Assembly: GCF_964355755.1 (NCBI RefSeq)
Contig: NC_092678.1
Location: 16,411,881 to 16,475,880 of the forward strand
Reading direction: 5' to 3'
Length of the DNA: 64,000 nt
DNA from: Antedon mediterranea
Taxonomy: Eukaryota > Animalia > Echinodermata
A program made the translations under genes and the position numbers. Positions 1 through 10,737 of this stretch are shown here, one piece after another (within the stretch, counting starts at the first letter, position 1; each line of letters starts with the position of its first letter). The notes below the pieces were generated by a model that was given only the letters and a program-made list of their open reading frames with translations, was not told the DNA's origin and searched no databases.

Positions 1-786
1 CCTGTCATCATCCATTTGGATACCATGCTTTGGTAGTGAGACACTAGAATCACTAGTACGTCTGTATCCCTAGAAGCAACTACAACTGTGTCGTATCGGA
101 CATTGGCAGCATGACAAGTCTCGTGTCCGATTCTTCATGGTCTGCTACCAGAGACAACGTATTCGTGTAGACTTTTGATGATTTAACAACTGATTCTTTC
201 ATAAATCCACCAGCTGTGACAATTTCTTTGTCTATAGGAGCTTGACGAATCAACTCCTCTGATAGAAATCGTGTCAGATCTGCATTATTATCTTGTAATG
301 CCAAAAAGTTTGACCAGCAATTTGGCAGCGGTATTTCACCACTTTCTATAATTCGACGAATTGGTCTCTGTGTTTTGGTTCATCTTTGTCTGGTGGTGTC
401 CTTTATCGACAGTTTTAAGTTAGGCATGCCATGTTAAAAAAAAAAAAAACCAGAGCCATTACCTCCAACAAGCGATGCAGTGCACCAGCATATAAAAAGA
501 GCACACTTCCAAGCACTCGTATTGAAAAAAGCTGTATCGCCAATCCAGCATTTGCCATCACCAACAGATTTTGGGGGGGAGCTATCTAATGGTAAACTTC
601 AACCAGTGCTTCTGAAAAATGAAGCTATTCCTACTACTTCGTTTTAGATGATTTATTGTGGATGCAAGACACGATGCATAACCATATAGATGTAGGTGCA
701 AAAATTCAAAACTACCATGTACAGCTTTATGCTACTGTAACAACGCTAAAGATGACGGAAACCTTTGCATGAATGATCAAAACTGA
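1..786. pseudogene. Degenerate transposase-like gene (HEEADT / C-terminal CXC family), broken by an inversion
   Basis: Minus strand 1-~415 encodes ...NFLALQDNNADL...DHEESDTRL. Plus strand ~452-786 encodes LPPTSDAVHQHIKRAHFQ...PSPTDFG...YCGCKTRC..CRCKNSKLPCTALCYC with stops. These motifs normally lie in one invertebrate transposon-associated ORF. Confidence 0.6.
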
Positions 787-804
787 AGCCCTTAACATGT
801 TCAT

Positions 805-1320
805 TCCAAATGTAGCTTACGTGTTCACTTTTCTTTCAAACCTATAGGCCTACAATCATAATCCATCATATTGATGGCAGGTAATTTACAAATTTCCAAA
901 TGTAGCTGACGTGTTCAAATTATTTTTTAATTCTATAATCATAATCCATCATATTGATGGCAGGTTCTATACAATCATAATCCATCATATTGATGGCAGG
1001 TAATTTCCAAATTTCCAAATGTAGCTGACGTGTTCAAATTCTTTTTAAAATCTATAATCATAATCCATCATATTGATGGCAGGTAATTTTCAAATGTAGC
1101 TTATGTGTTCAAATTCTTTTTTAAATCTTTAATCATAATCCATCATATTGATGGCAGGTAATTTCCAAATGTAGCTGACATGTTCACATTTTTAAAAATC
1201 TATAATCATACTCCATCATATTGATGGCAGGTAATTTCAAATTTCAAATTTCAACAAATGTAACTTGCGTGTTCAATTTTTTTTTTTTAATCTATATAAA
1301 TCATAACACATCATATTTGA
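805..1320 (+). repeat. Imperfect tandem repeat, ~65-75 bp unit, ~7 copies
   Basis: Recurring AATCATAATCCATCATATTGATGGCAGGT...CAAATGTAGCTGACGTGTTCA. Confidence 0.9.
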
Positions 1321-1765
1321 TACTCCTTCACCTGTAGTTAAGATACTGATGTCATGGTATAGGAATCAGGAATTTGTTGTCAGGTGGGGAAGTTCCGTTT
1401 CCGATTCTTTCAATGTTCGTAATGGGGTTCGCCAGGGAGGCGTTATGTTCCCTCTACTTTACAATGTGTACACTGATCCGTTAACTGTTGAACTGACTAA
1501 GTCAAAAGAAGGTTGTGAAATTAACAGTCTTAAACTGAATTGCCTAAGCTTTGCCGGTGACTTGGTCCTTTTGGCTCCGTCAGTGACTGGCTTACAAAGC
1601 CTAATTGGACTCTGTGAAGGTTTTGCTAGTGACCATGATATTACTTTTAATGAAACCAAATCCAAATGCTTGCTATTTTGCCCGAAAGTCTGCAACCTCA
1701 AAGGTGTTCCACATATTACCTTAAATGGGGCACCTCTAATCGTTGATAATTCAATAACCTATGTT
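1320..1765 (+). mobile_element. Non-LTR retrotransposon RT fragment (RTE-X-like), degenerate
   Basis: VRNGVRQGGVMFPLLYNVY and LSFAGDLVLLAPS (YADD decayed to FAGD), FNETKSKC; truncated at both ends. Confidence 0.85.
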
Positions 1766-2494
1766 ACCATGATATTCCGAAATAAAAAGATAAATGAATG
1801 AATTGTGTATAAATAATTTCATAGTTATGCAATTATATTATATTCAGTACGGTATACAGTAGGCCTATGCTGTAGTTTAAAGGTCAATAACCATACTATC
1901 GGCCATTCTTGTACAAAATGTGCCATTAGACTGAATAGAAACACACATGTTTTAAACAATTTAAAAAGAAAAAAAAATTCATAAGACCACAATTTTCAAA
2001 GTTATATTATTATTATATTATTATATTTGACTAATAGTTCAAAGGTCAATAGTTGTAGAATCGGCCATTTTTTGTAAAAACATTTCATTATAATAAATAA
2101 GAATGTATAGTTTCTGAACAATTTGAGCCCTATTTCGTGTCTCTCCGATTATTGGTTACTGAGATACGATAAATCAAGGTCAAAGGTCAAAATGTCAGAA
2201 ATAAGACTTGCATCCATTTTTTGAGAAAATGTGTCATTGAAGTGAATATAAAAACATATATTTAAAACATTTTGACACCAAAATTAATTATCTGTGACTA
2301 GTGGTTCTCGAGATATAGGGTAATTATAAAAAATGGCCGCCATTTTTAATTATGCAAATTAAGGGCTTAGATGGCCGAATTTCGCTTGGGATCCGCCATA
2401 TTCGTAATCAGCGAGGTCGAAATATCCTAAATCAAGTGGATCCCAGCTTCTACCCAAAAATGCTTCTTACATCATATTTCAGAGGAAATAGAAC

Positions 2495-2797
2495 TTGTCT
2501 ATGAGACCTATGTTAACGACATTCCGTCATCTAATTGGTGAGGTTCGGGTATTTGAGAAAGAAAGTACCATGATAGTGGCTCGAACCCAAGCGCAAAATG
2601 TGCGCCAACCGTCATCTGAGTTTGCAGAAATGCAGCAGTCAATTTCAACACTACAAAACCAAATTTCTGCCCTGACAAACATCAGAAAAGATAACCGGCG
2701 TGAGGTACGGTTGTGCTATGGCTGTAATCAACCAGGACATATAAAGAGGTTTTGCCCCCAGATTCCAAAAAACGAGGGACCGCTGCCGCAACAGTAG
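2495..2797 (+). CDS. gag: Ty3/Gypsy gag C-terminal fragment with CCHC zinc knuckle
   Basis: CYGCNQPGHIKRFC (CX2CX4HX4C); overlaps pol in the -1 frame; N-terminus missing. Confidence 0.85.
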   Translation: MSMRPMLTTFRHLIGEVRVFEKESTMIVARTQAQNVRQPSSEFAEMQQSISTLQNQISALTNIRKDNRREVRLCYGCNQPGHIKRFCPQIPKNEGPLPQQ

Positions 2798-5700
2798 GCA
2801 GCGTAAAGCGAATACCACCATTGGTAGGTCCAACGAATACCATGGTGGTAAAGATCAATGGAGCTGAGAGACTGTCTTTACTTGATAGTGGCTCTCAAAT
2901 CACAACTATGACTGTCGATACTTTGAAATCTATTTTTGGACACACAGATTACAAAGTACAAATTCAACCATCTTCTTTGGAAATCTTAACTGCAAGCGGA
3001 GAATCAATGCCTCATCTGGGAACCGCAACTGTGGATATTGAATTGAGCGGTGAGAAATATTGTTCTGTTCCTGTTTTTATAGTACCTTCAACTGACTTTC
3101 GAAAAAATGTACCCGTTCTTATTGGCACTAATATTCTTCGCTTACATTCTAATTTTAATCATATGCAAAAAGAAAATTCATCGTTGTTAGGAAAGGCTGT
3201 CTACAGATATCGGAAAACTACACGTTTACGACCAGGGGAACAAATTAATGTAGGATGTTCTGTGCAGTGGTATAGCAATTCCTGTGGGACAGTTTTAGTT
3301 GAGCCAATGTGCTCTGGTACTCCTGATGGACTATTAATTGGACGCTCTATTTCACATATTTTTGAAGGAAACAAGGTAACTGTTCGAATTTTAAATGTTT
3401 CCGATTCCCCTATTTTTTTTAAACAAAATACACCAATTGCAAATTTAACACAGATTGCCTGTGTTGATAATTTATGTAGTCAGCAAGTTATAAGCCAAGC
3501 ACCGAATATTGATTTAACAAATTCTGATACGTCAAATGAACAACATTCTGCACTTAAAAACCTTTTGGAACAGTATGCCGATGTTTTTTCAACTTCCGAT
3601 AAAGACTTTGGACATACTAAATCTGTTAAGCACCATATTCCATTAATTGACAATCAACCCTTCCGATTACCATTTCGACGCATACCCCCAGCCCAATACT
3701 CTGCGGTTCGTGATGAAATCAACAAAATGTTAGACGCGAATGTTATTACACCTAGCGACAGTCCATATGCTTCACCTATGGTTATTGTGTATAAAAAGGA
3801 TGGTTCGTTGAGACTTTGCGTTGACTTTCGAAAATTAAATTCCAAAACAATTAGGGATGCTTTCCCCATTCCTAGAATTGATGAAGCACTGGACGCTTTG
3901 GGTTCTTCAAAATATTTTTCAACTTTAGACTTAACAAGTGGCTATTGGCAAGTTGAGGTAGCCGATGCCGATAAGCAAAAGACTGCCTTTACAACGCCAA
4001 TGGGACTTTTTCAATTTAACAGAATGCCTTTTGGATTGCAAAATGCACCAGCAACTTTTCAGCGATTGATGATGTCATGTTTTGGTGATCAAAATTTTTC
4101 TTCATTACTGATTTATTTGGACGATATTATTGTTTTTTCGAATACTTTTGAACATCATCTTCAGCGACTGGAAATGGTATTCCAGCGTCTTCGTCTGCAT
4201 GGATTGAAAGTAAAACCTAGTAAGTGTTCATTTTTAAAACCTAAAGTTAACTATTTGGGACACATCGTGTCTGCAGAGGGTATATCAACCGACCCAGAAA
4301 AAATATCTAAAGTTTCAACTTGGCCTAAACCTACGAATCGCAAGGAGGTTCAACGTTTCTTGGGATTTTGTGGTTACTATCGTCGTTTTATTTCAAATTT
4401 TTCTTCATTAGCAGCACCCTTATATTCACTCACATCAGGGGATTGTAACACAAAAAAACATAAACGTAGTTATGCCCGTAAATTGCCTACTGTATTTAAT
4501 TGGACTTCTGATTGTGACCAAGCATTCACATTATTAAAGACCCGTTTAACTACTGCTCCGATACTTGCTTATCCAGATTATTCGCAACCATTTATCCTGG
4601 AAACGGATGCATCGGGAACAGGGTTGGGAGCAGTGTTGTCTCAAATACATGACGGGATACAACACGTCCTTGCTTACGCTAGCCGAGGACTTAGACCATC
4701 AGAAACTCGCTATCCTGCACATAAGCTAGAATTTTTGGCTTTAAAGTGGGCGGTCACATCAAAATTTCGCGACTACTTACTGGGGACACATTTTAAAGTT
4801 TTTACAGACAATAATCCTTTAGTGTATGTGTTAAGCTCAGCCAAATTGGATGCTATTGGCCAACGCTGGGTAGCCGACCTTAGCCAATTTGATTTTTCTA
4901 TTCATTATCGCCCCGGTAAAAGCAATGCTGCCGCTGATGCATTATCGCGACAATATGACTTTTCTAATTCAACTGTTTTATGCCCAAATGATGTTTCAGC
5001 CGTTTTGTCCGGATACCATAGTTCTTGTTTATTTACTCATCCTCCGAAAAAGTCTGTACAGTGTAACGTATTGACAAGAAGCACAGCTAATTCTTCAAGT
5101 CGCAACAGCGATGACGTCATTAATGTGCAGGGAGGGTGTGATGCAGTTTCCTCCTACACCCCCACAGAAATTGTTCATATGCAACGTAATGATCCAACTA
5201 TTAGTCCTGTCATTGTATATCTTAATCGCGGATCTCGTCCGACTCATACTGAACGCATCAATGAATCACAAACTGTGCTTACTTTACTTCGCCAATGGGA
5301 TCGTTTAGAATGGAAGGACAATGTACTTTATCGTAAAACTTTTGTTGACAATTTTCCGCGTTTTCAACTTGTACTTCCGGCTGATCATAAATCAACTGTT
5401 TTGACAAAATTACATGATGAACTTGGACATTTAGGTTATGAAAGGACTCTAGATATGATACGTAGTAGGTTTTACTGGCCTAAAATGGCTGATGATATTA
5501 AACAACATTGTATAAGTTGTAAACGTTGTTGTTTACGTAAGACGCCTCAAAGTAAAACTAAAGCTCCTTTAGTACCAATTTTCACATCCGAACCAATGGA
5601 GTTGGTATGTATTGATTTCCTTAAACTTGAACGTTCAGCAGGTGGTTTTGAAAATGTTCTAGTTGTAACAGACCATTTTACTAAATATGCTCAGGCATAC

Positions 5701-6561
5701 CCTACAAAGGATCAAACAGCAACTACTGTAGCAAAAGTTTTAATTAATAATTTCTTTTTACATTATGGGTTTCCTAAACGCCTCCATTCCGACCAAGGCC
5801 GTAATTTTGAAAGTGCCATTATTAAACAAATTTGTAAATTAACAGGCATTGAAAAATCACGTACAACCCCTTATCACCCCATGGGTAATGGTACTACAGA
5901 ACGTTGGAATCGTACATTGTTAAGCATGTTAGGCTCTTTACCAGCAGAGAAGAAACTAAACTGGAAGGATTATGTAGGTCCCATGGCTCATGCGTATAAT
6001 TGCACAAAACACGAAACCACTGGTTATGCCCCTTTTTATCTTATGTTTGGACGACACGCGAGATTACCTGTGGATATACTATTTGGTATAGTAAATAATA
6101 ATGGTCCGACGGATGGGGAACAATATGACGATTATGTAATTAAGTTACTTGAACAACTGAATCATGCTTATTTCACATCCCAAAATTCAGCTAGTGAAGC
6201 CAAGGCTAGGCAAAAACATAATTATGATAAACGAGCTACCAATTCAGTACTTAAAATGGGTGACAGGGTACTTGTTCAAAAGAAAGCTATAGTTGGTAAA
6301 CAGAAACTCGCTGACCAATGGGAAGAGAAGCCATATGTTATTGTTAATAAACACCCCACTCTACCTGTGTATACAATTGAGAATGATACTCATAAGCGTA
6401 CCCTTCATAGGAATCTCCTCACCCCTTGTATGTTTCTGCCTATTGAAGACCCTATCGATGTAAACCAACACATTATTAAGTCACGTAGTTGGAAAATTAA
6501 GAAGGGTCGTCAAATTTTTGAATCGTGGAAGAGTAAACAAGCTCATCTTACTGATTCATAG
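2752..6561 (+). CDS. pol: Ty3/Gypsy Pol polyprotein (protease-RT-RNase H-integrase)
   Basis: LLDSGS protease, YLDD RT, ETDAS RNase H, HHCC finger (LHDELGH...CKRC), DDE core (CIDF, HSDQG, TERWN); open 1269-codon frame in Gypsy domain order. Confidence 0.97.
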   Translation: MPPDSKKRGTAAATVGSVKRIPPLVGPTNTMVVKINGAERLSLLDSGSQITTMTVDTLKSIFGHTDYKVQIQPSSLEILTASGESMPHLGTATVDIELSGEKYCSVPVFIVPSTDFRKNVPVLIGTNILRLHSNFNHMQKENSSLLGKAVYRYRKTTRLRPGEQINVGCSVQWYSNSCGTVLVEPMCSGTPDGLLIGRSISHIFEGNKVTVRILNVSDSPIFFKQNTPIANLTQIACVDNLCSQQVISQAPNIDLTNSDTSNEQHSALKNLLEQYADVFSTSDKDFGHTKSVKHHIPLIDNQPFRLPFRRIPPAQYSAVRDEINKMLDANVITPSDSPYASPMVIVYKKDGSLRLCVDFRKLNSKTIRDAFPIPRIDEALDALGSSKYFSTLDLTSGYWQVEVADADKQKTAFTTPMGLFQFNRMPFGLQNAPATFQRLMMSCFGDQNFSSLLIYLDDIIVFSNTFEHHLQRLEMVFQRLRLHGLKVKPSKCSFLKPKVNYLGHIVSAEGISTDPEKISKVSTWPKPTNRKEVQRFLGFCGYYRRFISNFSSLAAPLYSLTSGDCNTKKHKRSYARKLPTVFNWTSDCDQAFTLLKTRLTTAPILAYPDYSQPFILETDASGTGLGAVLSQIHDGIQHVLAYASRGLRPSETRYPAHKLEFLALKWAVTSKFRDYLLGTHFKVFTDNNPLVYVLSSAKLDAIGQRWVADLSQFDFSIHYRPGKSNAAADALSRQYDFSNSTVLCPNDVSAVLSGYHSSCLFTHPPKKSVQCNVLTRSTANSSSRNSDDVINVQGGCDAVSSYTPTEIVHMQRNDPTISPVIVYLNRGSRPTHTERINESQTVLTLLRQWDRLEWKDNVLYRKTFVDNFPRFQLVLPADHKSTVLTKLHDELGHLGYERTLDMIRSRFYWPKMADDIKQHCISCKRCCLRKTPQSKTKAPLVPIFTSEPMELVCIDFLKLERSAGGFENVLVVTDHFTKYAQAYPTKDQTATTVAKVLINNFFLHYGFPKRLHSDQGRNFESAIIKQICKLTGIEKSRTTPYHPMGNGTTERWNRTLLSMLGSLPAEKKLNWKDYVGPMAHAYNCTKHETTGYAPFYLMFGRHARLPVDILFGIVNNNGPTDGEQYDDYVIKLLEQLNHAYFTSQNSASEAKARQKHNYDKRATNSVLKMGDRVLVQKKAIVGKQKLADQWEEKPYVIVNKHPTLPVYTIENDTHKRTLHRNLLTPCMFLPIEDPIDVNQHIIKSRSWKIKKGRQIFESWKSKQAHLTDS
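2767..2803 (+). promoter_or_regulatory. -1 programmed ribosomal frameshift signal
   Basis: A AAA AAC heptamer in the gag frame (2767-2773), 7-nt spacer, then stem CGCTGCC (2781-2787) / GGCAGCG (2797-2803). Confidence 0.8.
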
Positions 6562-7237
6562 ATTTTTAATGTTGAAGCTAATTTTTGTTATTTATGCATG
6601 ATTACATTATACTTAATTTTTCTTTTATCACTTGAGGTTATGTTATAGCGACCCCTCAAAACATTTCGTATTATAAATAACATTAGATTATTTACGTTTG
6701 ATTTATTTTGCTTTGATCTCTTTTAATAATTTAAGATTGATTTTCTGATATACAGTATTTTGCTTTAAATTTGTTTGAAACATGATTGTTTTGATGTTTA
6801 TGTACGGGTAATACGTACGTGCCTTGAACACGCTGTATTGTCAGTGGTTTAGTGTGGCACTTGTTTCTGGAATGAGATGTTCGTTCCTGTTATATTTTGT
6901 ATGCTAAATTGCTTTTTTGTTCTTTCTTTTGATTTTGCCAATATGCCGCTGTTAGTGGGTTGTCCTGCGACATGAATACGGCTCTACAAACATGTATTTT
7001 TCTAGTTTGTTTTATCTTATATATTGGTGTTGCTTATTCCGTTAATGTTTATATGCTTGAATATACGGCAGCGGAAAGTTATGTTTTTTTTTCTTACTTA
7101 AGTTTGCTTGTACTTTTCATTTGATTTTTGTGTTAATTTTGTAGTTTGTAAGTTGTTTTAATATTTTATACTGTTTTAGCTTAAGATTTATGTTTTTTAT
7201 GTAACATCGAGGGCGATGTTCAGAAAGCCAGGGTGGA

Positions 7238-7651
7238 TGTAGCAGGTCACTCACTCTCCTGGAATTCATGTGGTTTTCCATACTTAACTAATGTAGACTA
7301 TAGACCTGGGCTGTAACCACTAAGGTGTCAACTCCTAATAATTAATTGCCTTATTCTATGGAATGGGTAATAACTTACTAATGATTACTTGGGTGTGATC
7401 TTAATGGATATACCAGCTCTTGGGAGGGGACAAGGAGGGTCACTGAACTGATAAGTCACCTCACTGGGCTACTCCTTAAATAGTCATGTATGTTCTGTAA
7501 TTAACACTTCTTGTAGATTAACACAATTTGGAAATAACTTGAACCGATAGCTACAACTTAATCACTCTCTGTGTACCTGTATATAGTGTAAATAAAGTAC
7601 CATTGAGAGAATATAACAACAGTCTGTGTCATTTATATAAAGAGTGCTACA
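7238..7651 (+). mobile_element. 3' LTR of the Gypsy element (414 bp)
   Basis: TGTAGCA...TGCTACA termini, purine-rich PPT (AGAAAGCCAGGGTGGA) directly upstream, internal AATAAA near 7590; no 5' LTR in the window. Confidence 0.88.
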
Positions 7652-7805
7652 CATATAAAAGTACATTCTTTGATTCTTTAGTATAAACACCTCAGCTTGT
7701 ATCATAATAATGATGACACGAGATGAGGATGATCAAATGTTATATGATAAACAAATAAAGCAATTGATTTTGTGAGATATAAAAGTTGGTTTTTCTTTGT
7801 CATGC

Positions 7806-7844
7806 ATTCCTGAAGATGAACAAATAAAGTTCGAAATATTGAAT
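7806..7844 (+). ncRNA. Minimal type I hammerhead ribozyme-like motif
   Basis: ATTC-CTGAAGA-T-GAAC(aaataaa)GTTC-GAAA-TATT-GAAT: core CUGANGA/GAAA, 4-bp stems I and II, palindromic AATATT stem III. Confidence 0.5.
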
Positions 7845-7901
7845 CATAACATGTGTTGCCTCATTTTATCGTCGTTTGTTTTATATTGTCATAAATAAAA
7901 A

Positions 7902-9583
7902 GGTTCTAGGACACCTACCCCCTAGACAGTTACCCCCCGGATGTTTACCACCCGGACAACTACCCCCTTAGGACAACTACCCCCCGGACAACTACCCCCC
8001 GGACAACTACCCTCTTAGGACAACTACCCCCTTAGGATAACAACCCCCCGGACAACTACCCCCCGGACAACCACCCCCTTAGGACAACTACCCCCTTAGG
8101 ATAACTACCCCCCGGGTAACTACCCCCCGGTCAACTACCCCCCGGTCAACTATCCCCCCCCCCCATCCAAAAGTAGACAAATATATAGGACCGGTTTCTG
8201 TAAAAATGAAATCATCTGTTTTTAACGGGTGTTTCGAAACTAGAGACCCGAGATCAGAGACCTGACACAAGACCCAATACGAAAAGGGAGACCTATATTT
8301 GGGTCTCCCTTTTCGTATATTAGGGTCTCCCTTTTCGTATAGTGTGGTCTCTCTTTTCGTATAGTGGGGTCTCCCTTTTCTTATAGTGGGTCTCCCTTTT
8401 CTTATAGTGGGTCTCCCTTTTCGTATATTTGGGTCTCCCTTTCGTATAATTGGGTCTCCCTTTTCGTATATTTAGGTCTCCCTTTTCGTATATTAGGGTC
8501 TCCCTTTTCGTATAGTGGGGTCTCCCTTTTCGTATAGTGGGGTCTCCCTTTTCGTATAGTGGGGTCTCCCTTTTCGTACGTGGGTCTCCCTTTTCGTATA
8601 TTTAGGTCTCCCTTTTCGTATTGGGTCTCGGGTCTCTGGTCTCTGGTCTCGGGTCTCTAGTTTTGAAACACCCGTTTTTAACCGATTATTCTGTTTAACA
8701 GCACGCTAGACCCTAGATGTGCTAGATTTAAAGTACCGTATTTATTGAAAAAACGGCCTGGGCTGTTTATTGTTTAGGTGGTTTTTAGGTGGACATTTAT
8801 TGGAAGAAAGTTGTTTATTCAATGGGAGGGGGTATAATCTAATGGAAATAGACGCCGATTATTCCATATGATGTTTCATGGGAGTGACATGGTCACCGTT
8901 TATTCGAGGGGAATTTATTTAAAGATCGACGTTTATTCGGTGAGTGAACATTGAGGTCAAATATCAAAAGTGATATTATTCTTCAAGTGTACAAAAATAC
9001 ATATATGACAAATTTGAGACAAAAATTAATTCTTTTAAGACCAGTGGTTATCGAAGCATTGTCCTGACGCAAAAATTATTATTATTATTAGCGAACCCAG
9101 TCTTTACAGTAAATACAGGGAGTACTATATAATTCGTTCGACTATCCTATGATCATGTGTGACAATCTTCAGTTTATACCAGGCTATATTTATGTTCAAT
9201 CTTTTACTTTTGTTTACAATAATGAATAGTAATTCGTCAAAGTAACAAATTAAAATATAGTTATTAATTCCTATTATACACTGTTGCAGAGTCAGGTTGT
9301 TGAATAGTCTGGGTGGTTAGGGTGTTCTAAAGGGATAGTTTTCTGGGTGGTAATTGTCCGGCGGGTAATTGTCCGGGGGGTAATTGTTCCTAGGGGGTAA
9401 TTGTCCGGGGGGTAGTTGTCCAGGGGGTAGTTGTCCTAAGGGGGTTGTTGTCCTAAGGGGGTAGTTGTCCGGGGGGTATTTGTCCGGGGGGTAGTTGTCC
9501 TAAGGGGGTAGTGGTCCAGGTGGTGGTTGTCCGGGGGGTAGTTGTCCGGGGGTAAATGTCCAGGGGGTGAATATCCGGATACG
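7902..9583. mobile_element. Non-autonomous foldback/MULE-like DNA transposon
   Basis: Arms of tandem GGACAACTACCCCCC (7902-8160) and their reverse complement (9340-9583); 9-bp TSD AAATAAAAA at 7893-7901 and 9584-9592. Confidence 0.82.
8227..8673. mobile_element. Nested MULE-like MITE with internal ~22-bp tandem repeats
   Basis: TIR GGGTGTTTCGAAACTAGAGACCCGAGA; 9-bp TSD GTTTTTAAC (8218-8226, 8674-8682); internal GGGTCTCCCTTTTCGTATAGT array. Confidence 0.88.
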
Positions 9584-10098
9584 AAATAAAAATATTAGTT
9601 GAACCTCCAGTTCAACCTGGTTCATTCGGTAGATTAACTTTTCATTTGTCGAAATTAAAGGTTCAAACCTTTGTTTATAAATTATAATAAATTTTATACA
9701 GTTTATGTTAACAGTAATTTACAATCAAATTATACCCGTGTGTATAAGGTGAAAGGAATAGCTATCCAATCGAACCTAAAAACAACGTAAGAGGGCGATT
9801 AATTGATAATTAACACCAGTTGCTTTTAATTAGTTGCATGCACTCAATCAAAGCATCTCAAGATATTTATGTTTTAATTCAATGTGCTATAATTATTAGG
9901 AATCATCTTTTATATACATAACTGTATTTATTATGTTCAACTTTTATATAACAAAAGCAAAAGATTGCACTATTGGTATTGTTTGGTAAATGGATTATAA
10001 AAAAAATGTGGTGTATATCCAAATCATGCCGCTATGCATTCATAACATTTTAATAATTTAGTTTAATTTTAATAAGACTATACGTGAAAGCAATCAAA

Positions 10099-10133
10099 TC
10101 TCTTTAGGATATTTGGTGGCTCTGAAAAGAGCC
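10099..10133 (-). terminator. H1 3' stem-loop and downstream element
   Basis: GGCTCTTTTCAGAGCC (10118-10133) then AAAGAGA. Confidence 0.95.
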
Positions 10134-10161
10134 GTTTGGTTTAAATTTGGTCGTAAATACT

Positions 10162-10737
10162 TTAGTTCTTTGCAGCCGCCTTCTTTGGTGATTTTGAAGC
10201 CTTTTTAGCTTTCGGCTTTTTAGGTTTCTTGGTCTTTGGCTTCTTTGCAGGAGATTTAGCCTTCTTAGGCTTAGAAGATAGCTTCTTTTTTTCCGACTTC
10301 TTTGCCTTTTTAGGTGACTTGGTAGCCTTCTTTGCAGCTGGTTTCTTTGCCTTCTTTGCAGCTGGTTTTTTGGTCTTTGTTGCCTTCTTCTCCTTATCTG
10401 CAACTGCCTTCTTCTTAGCTTTTTCCTTCTTTGCCTTTGCAGCCGCATCAGCTTTTGCTGCAGCCTGGTTTAGCTTGAATGAACCACTGGCTCCAGTACC
10501 CTTAGGCTGGACCAGTTTGTTGCTCTCGACTCCGCGTTTCAACGCCATACGGAGATGGGTTTTCATGTTGGCAGGATCTACTTTGTAGTTGGCTAGAATG
10601 TACTTAGCAATAGCCTGACGAGATGAACCGTTTCTTTCCTTCAAAGCACCAATTGCTGCCGAAATCATGTCGATGTAAGTAGGGTGAGCAGCAGGCTTCT
10701 TTGCTGCAGCCTTCTTAGTTTTAGTTTTATCAGCCAT
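10162..10737 (-). CDS. H1: Histone H1 (191 aa from MADKTK)
   Basis: Globular domain HPTYIDMI...GSSRQAI...[10 protein letters not shown] plus K/A/P-rich tail; upstream TATA-like and AAACACA H1 box; 3' stem-loop. Confidence 0.97.
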   Translation of the reverse strand: MADKTKTKKAAAKKPAAHPTYIDMISAAIGALKERNGSSRQAIAKYILANYKVDPANMKTHLRMALKRGVESNKLVQPKGTGASGSFKLNQAAAKADAAAKAKKEKAKKKAVADKEKKATKTKKPAAKKAKKPAAKKATKSPKKAKKSEKKKLSSKPKKAKSPAKKPKTKKPKKPKAKKASKSPKKAAAKN

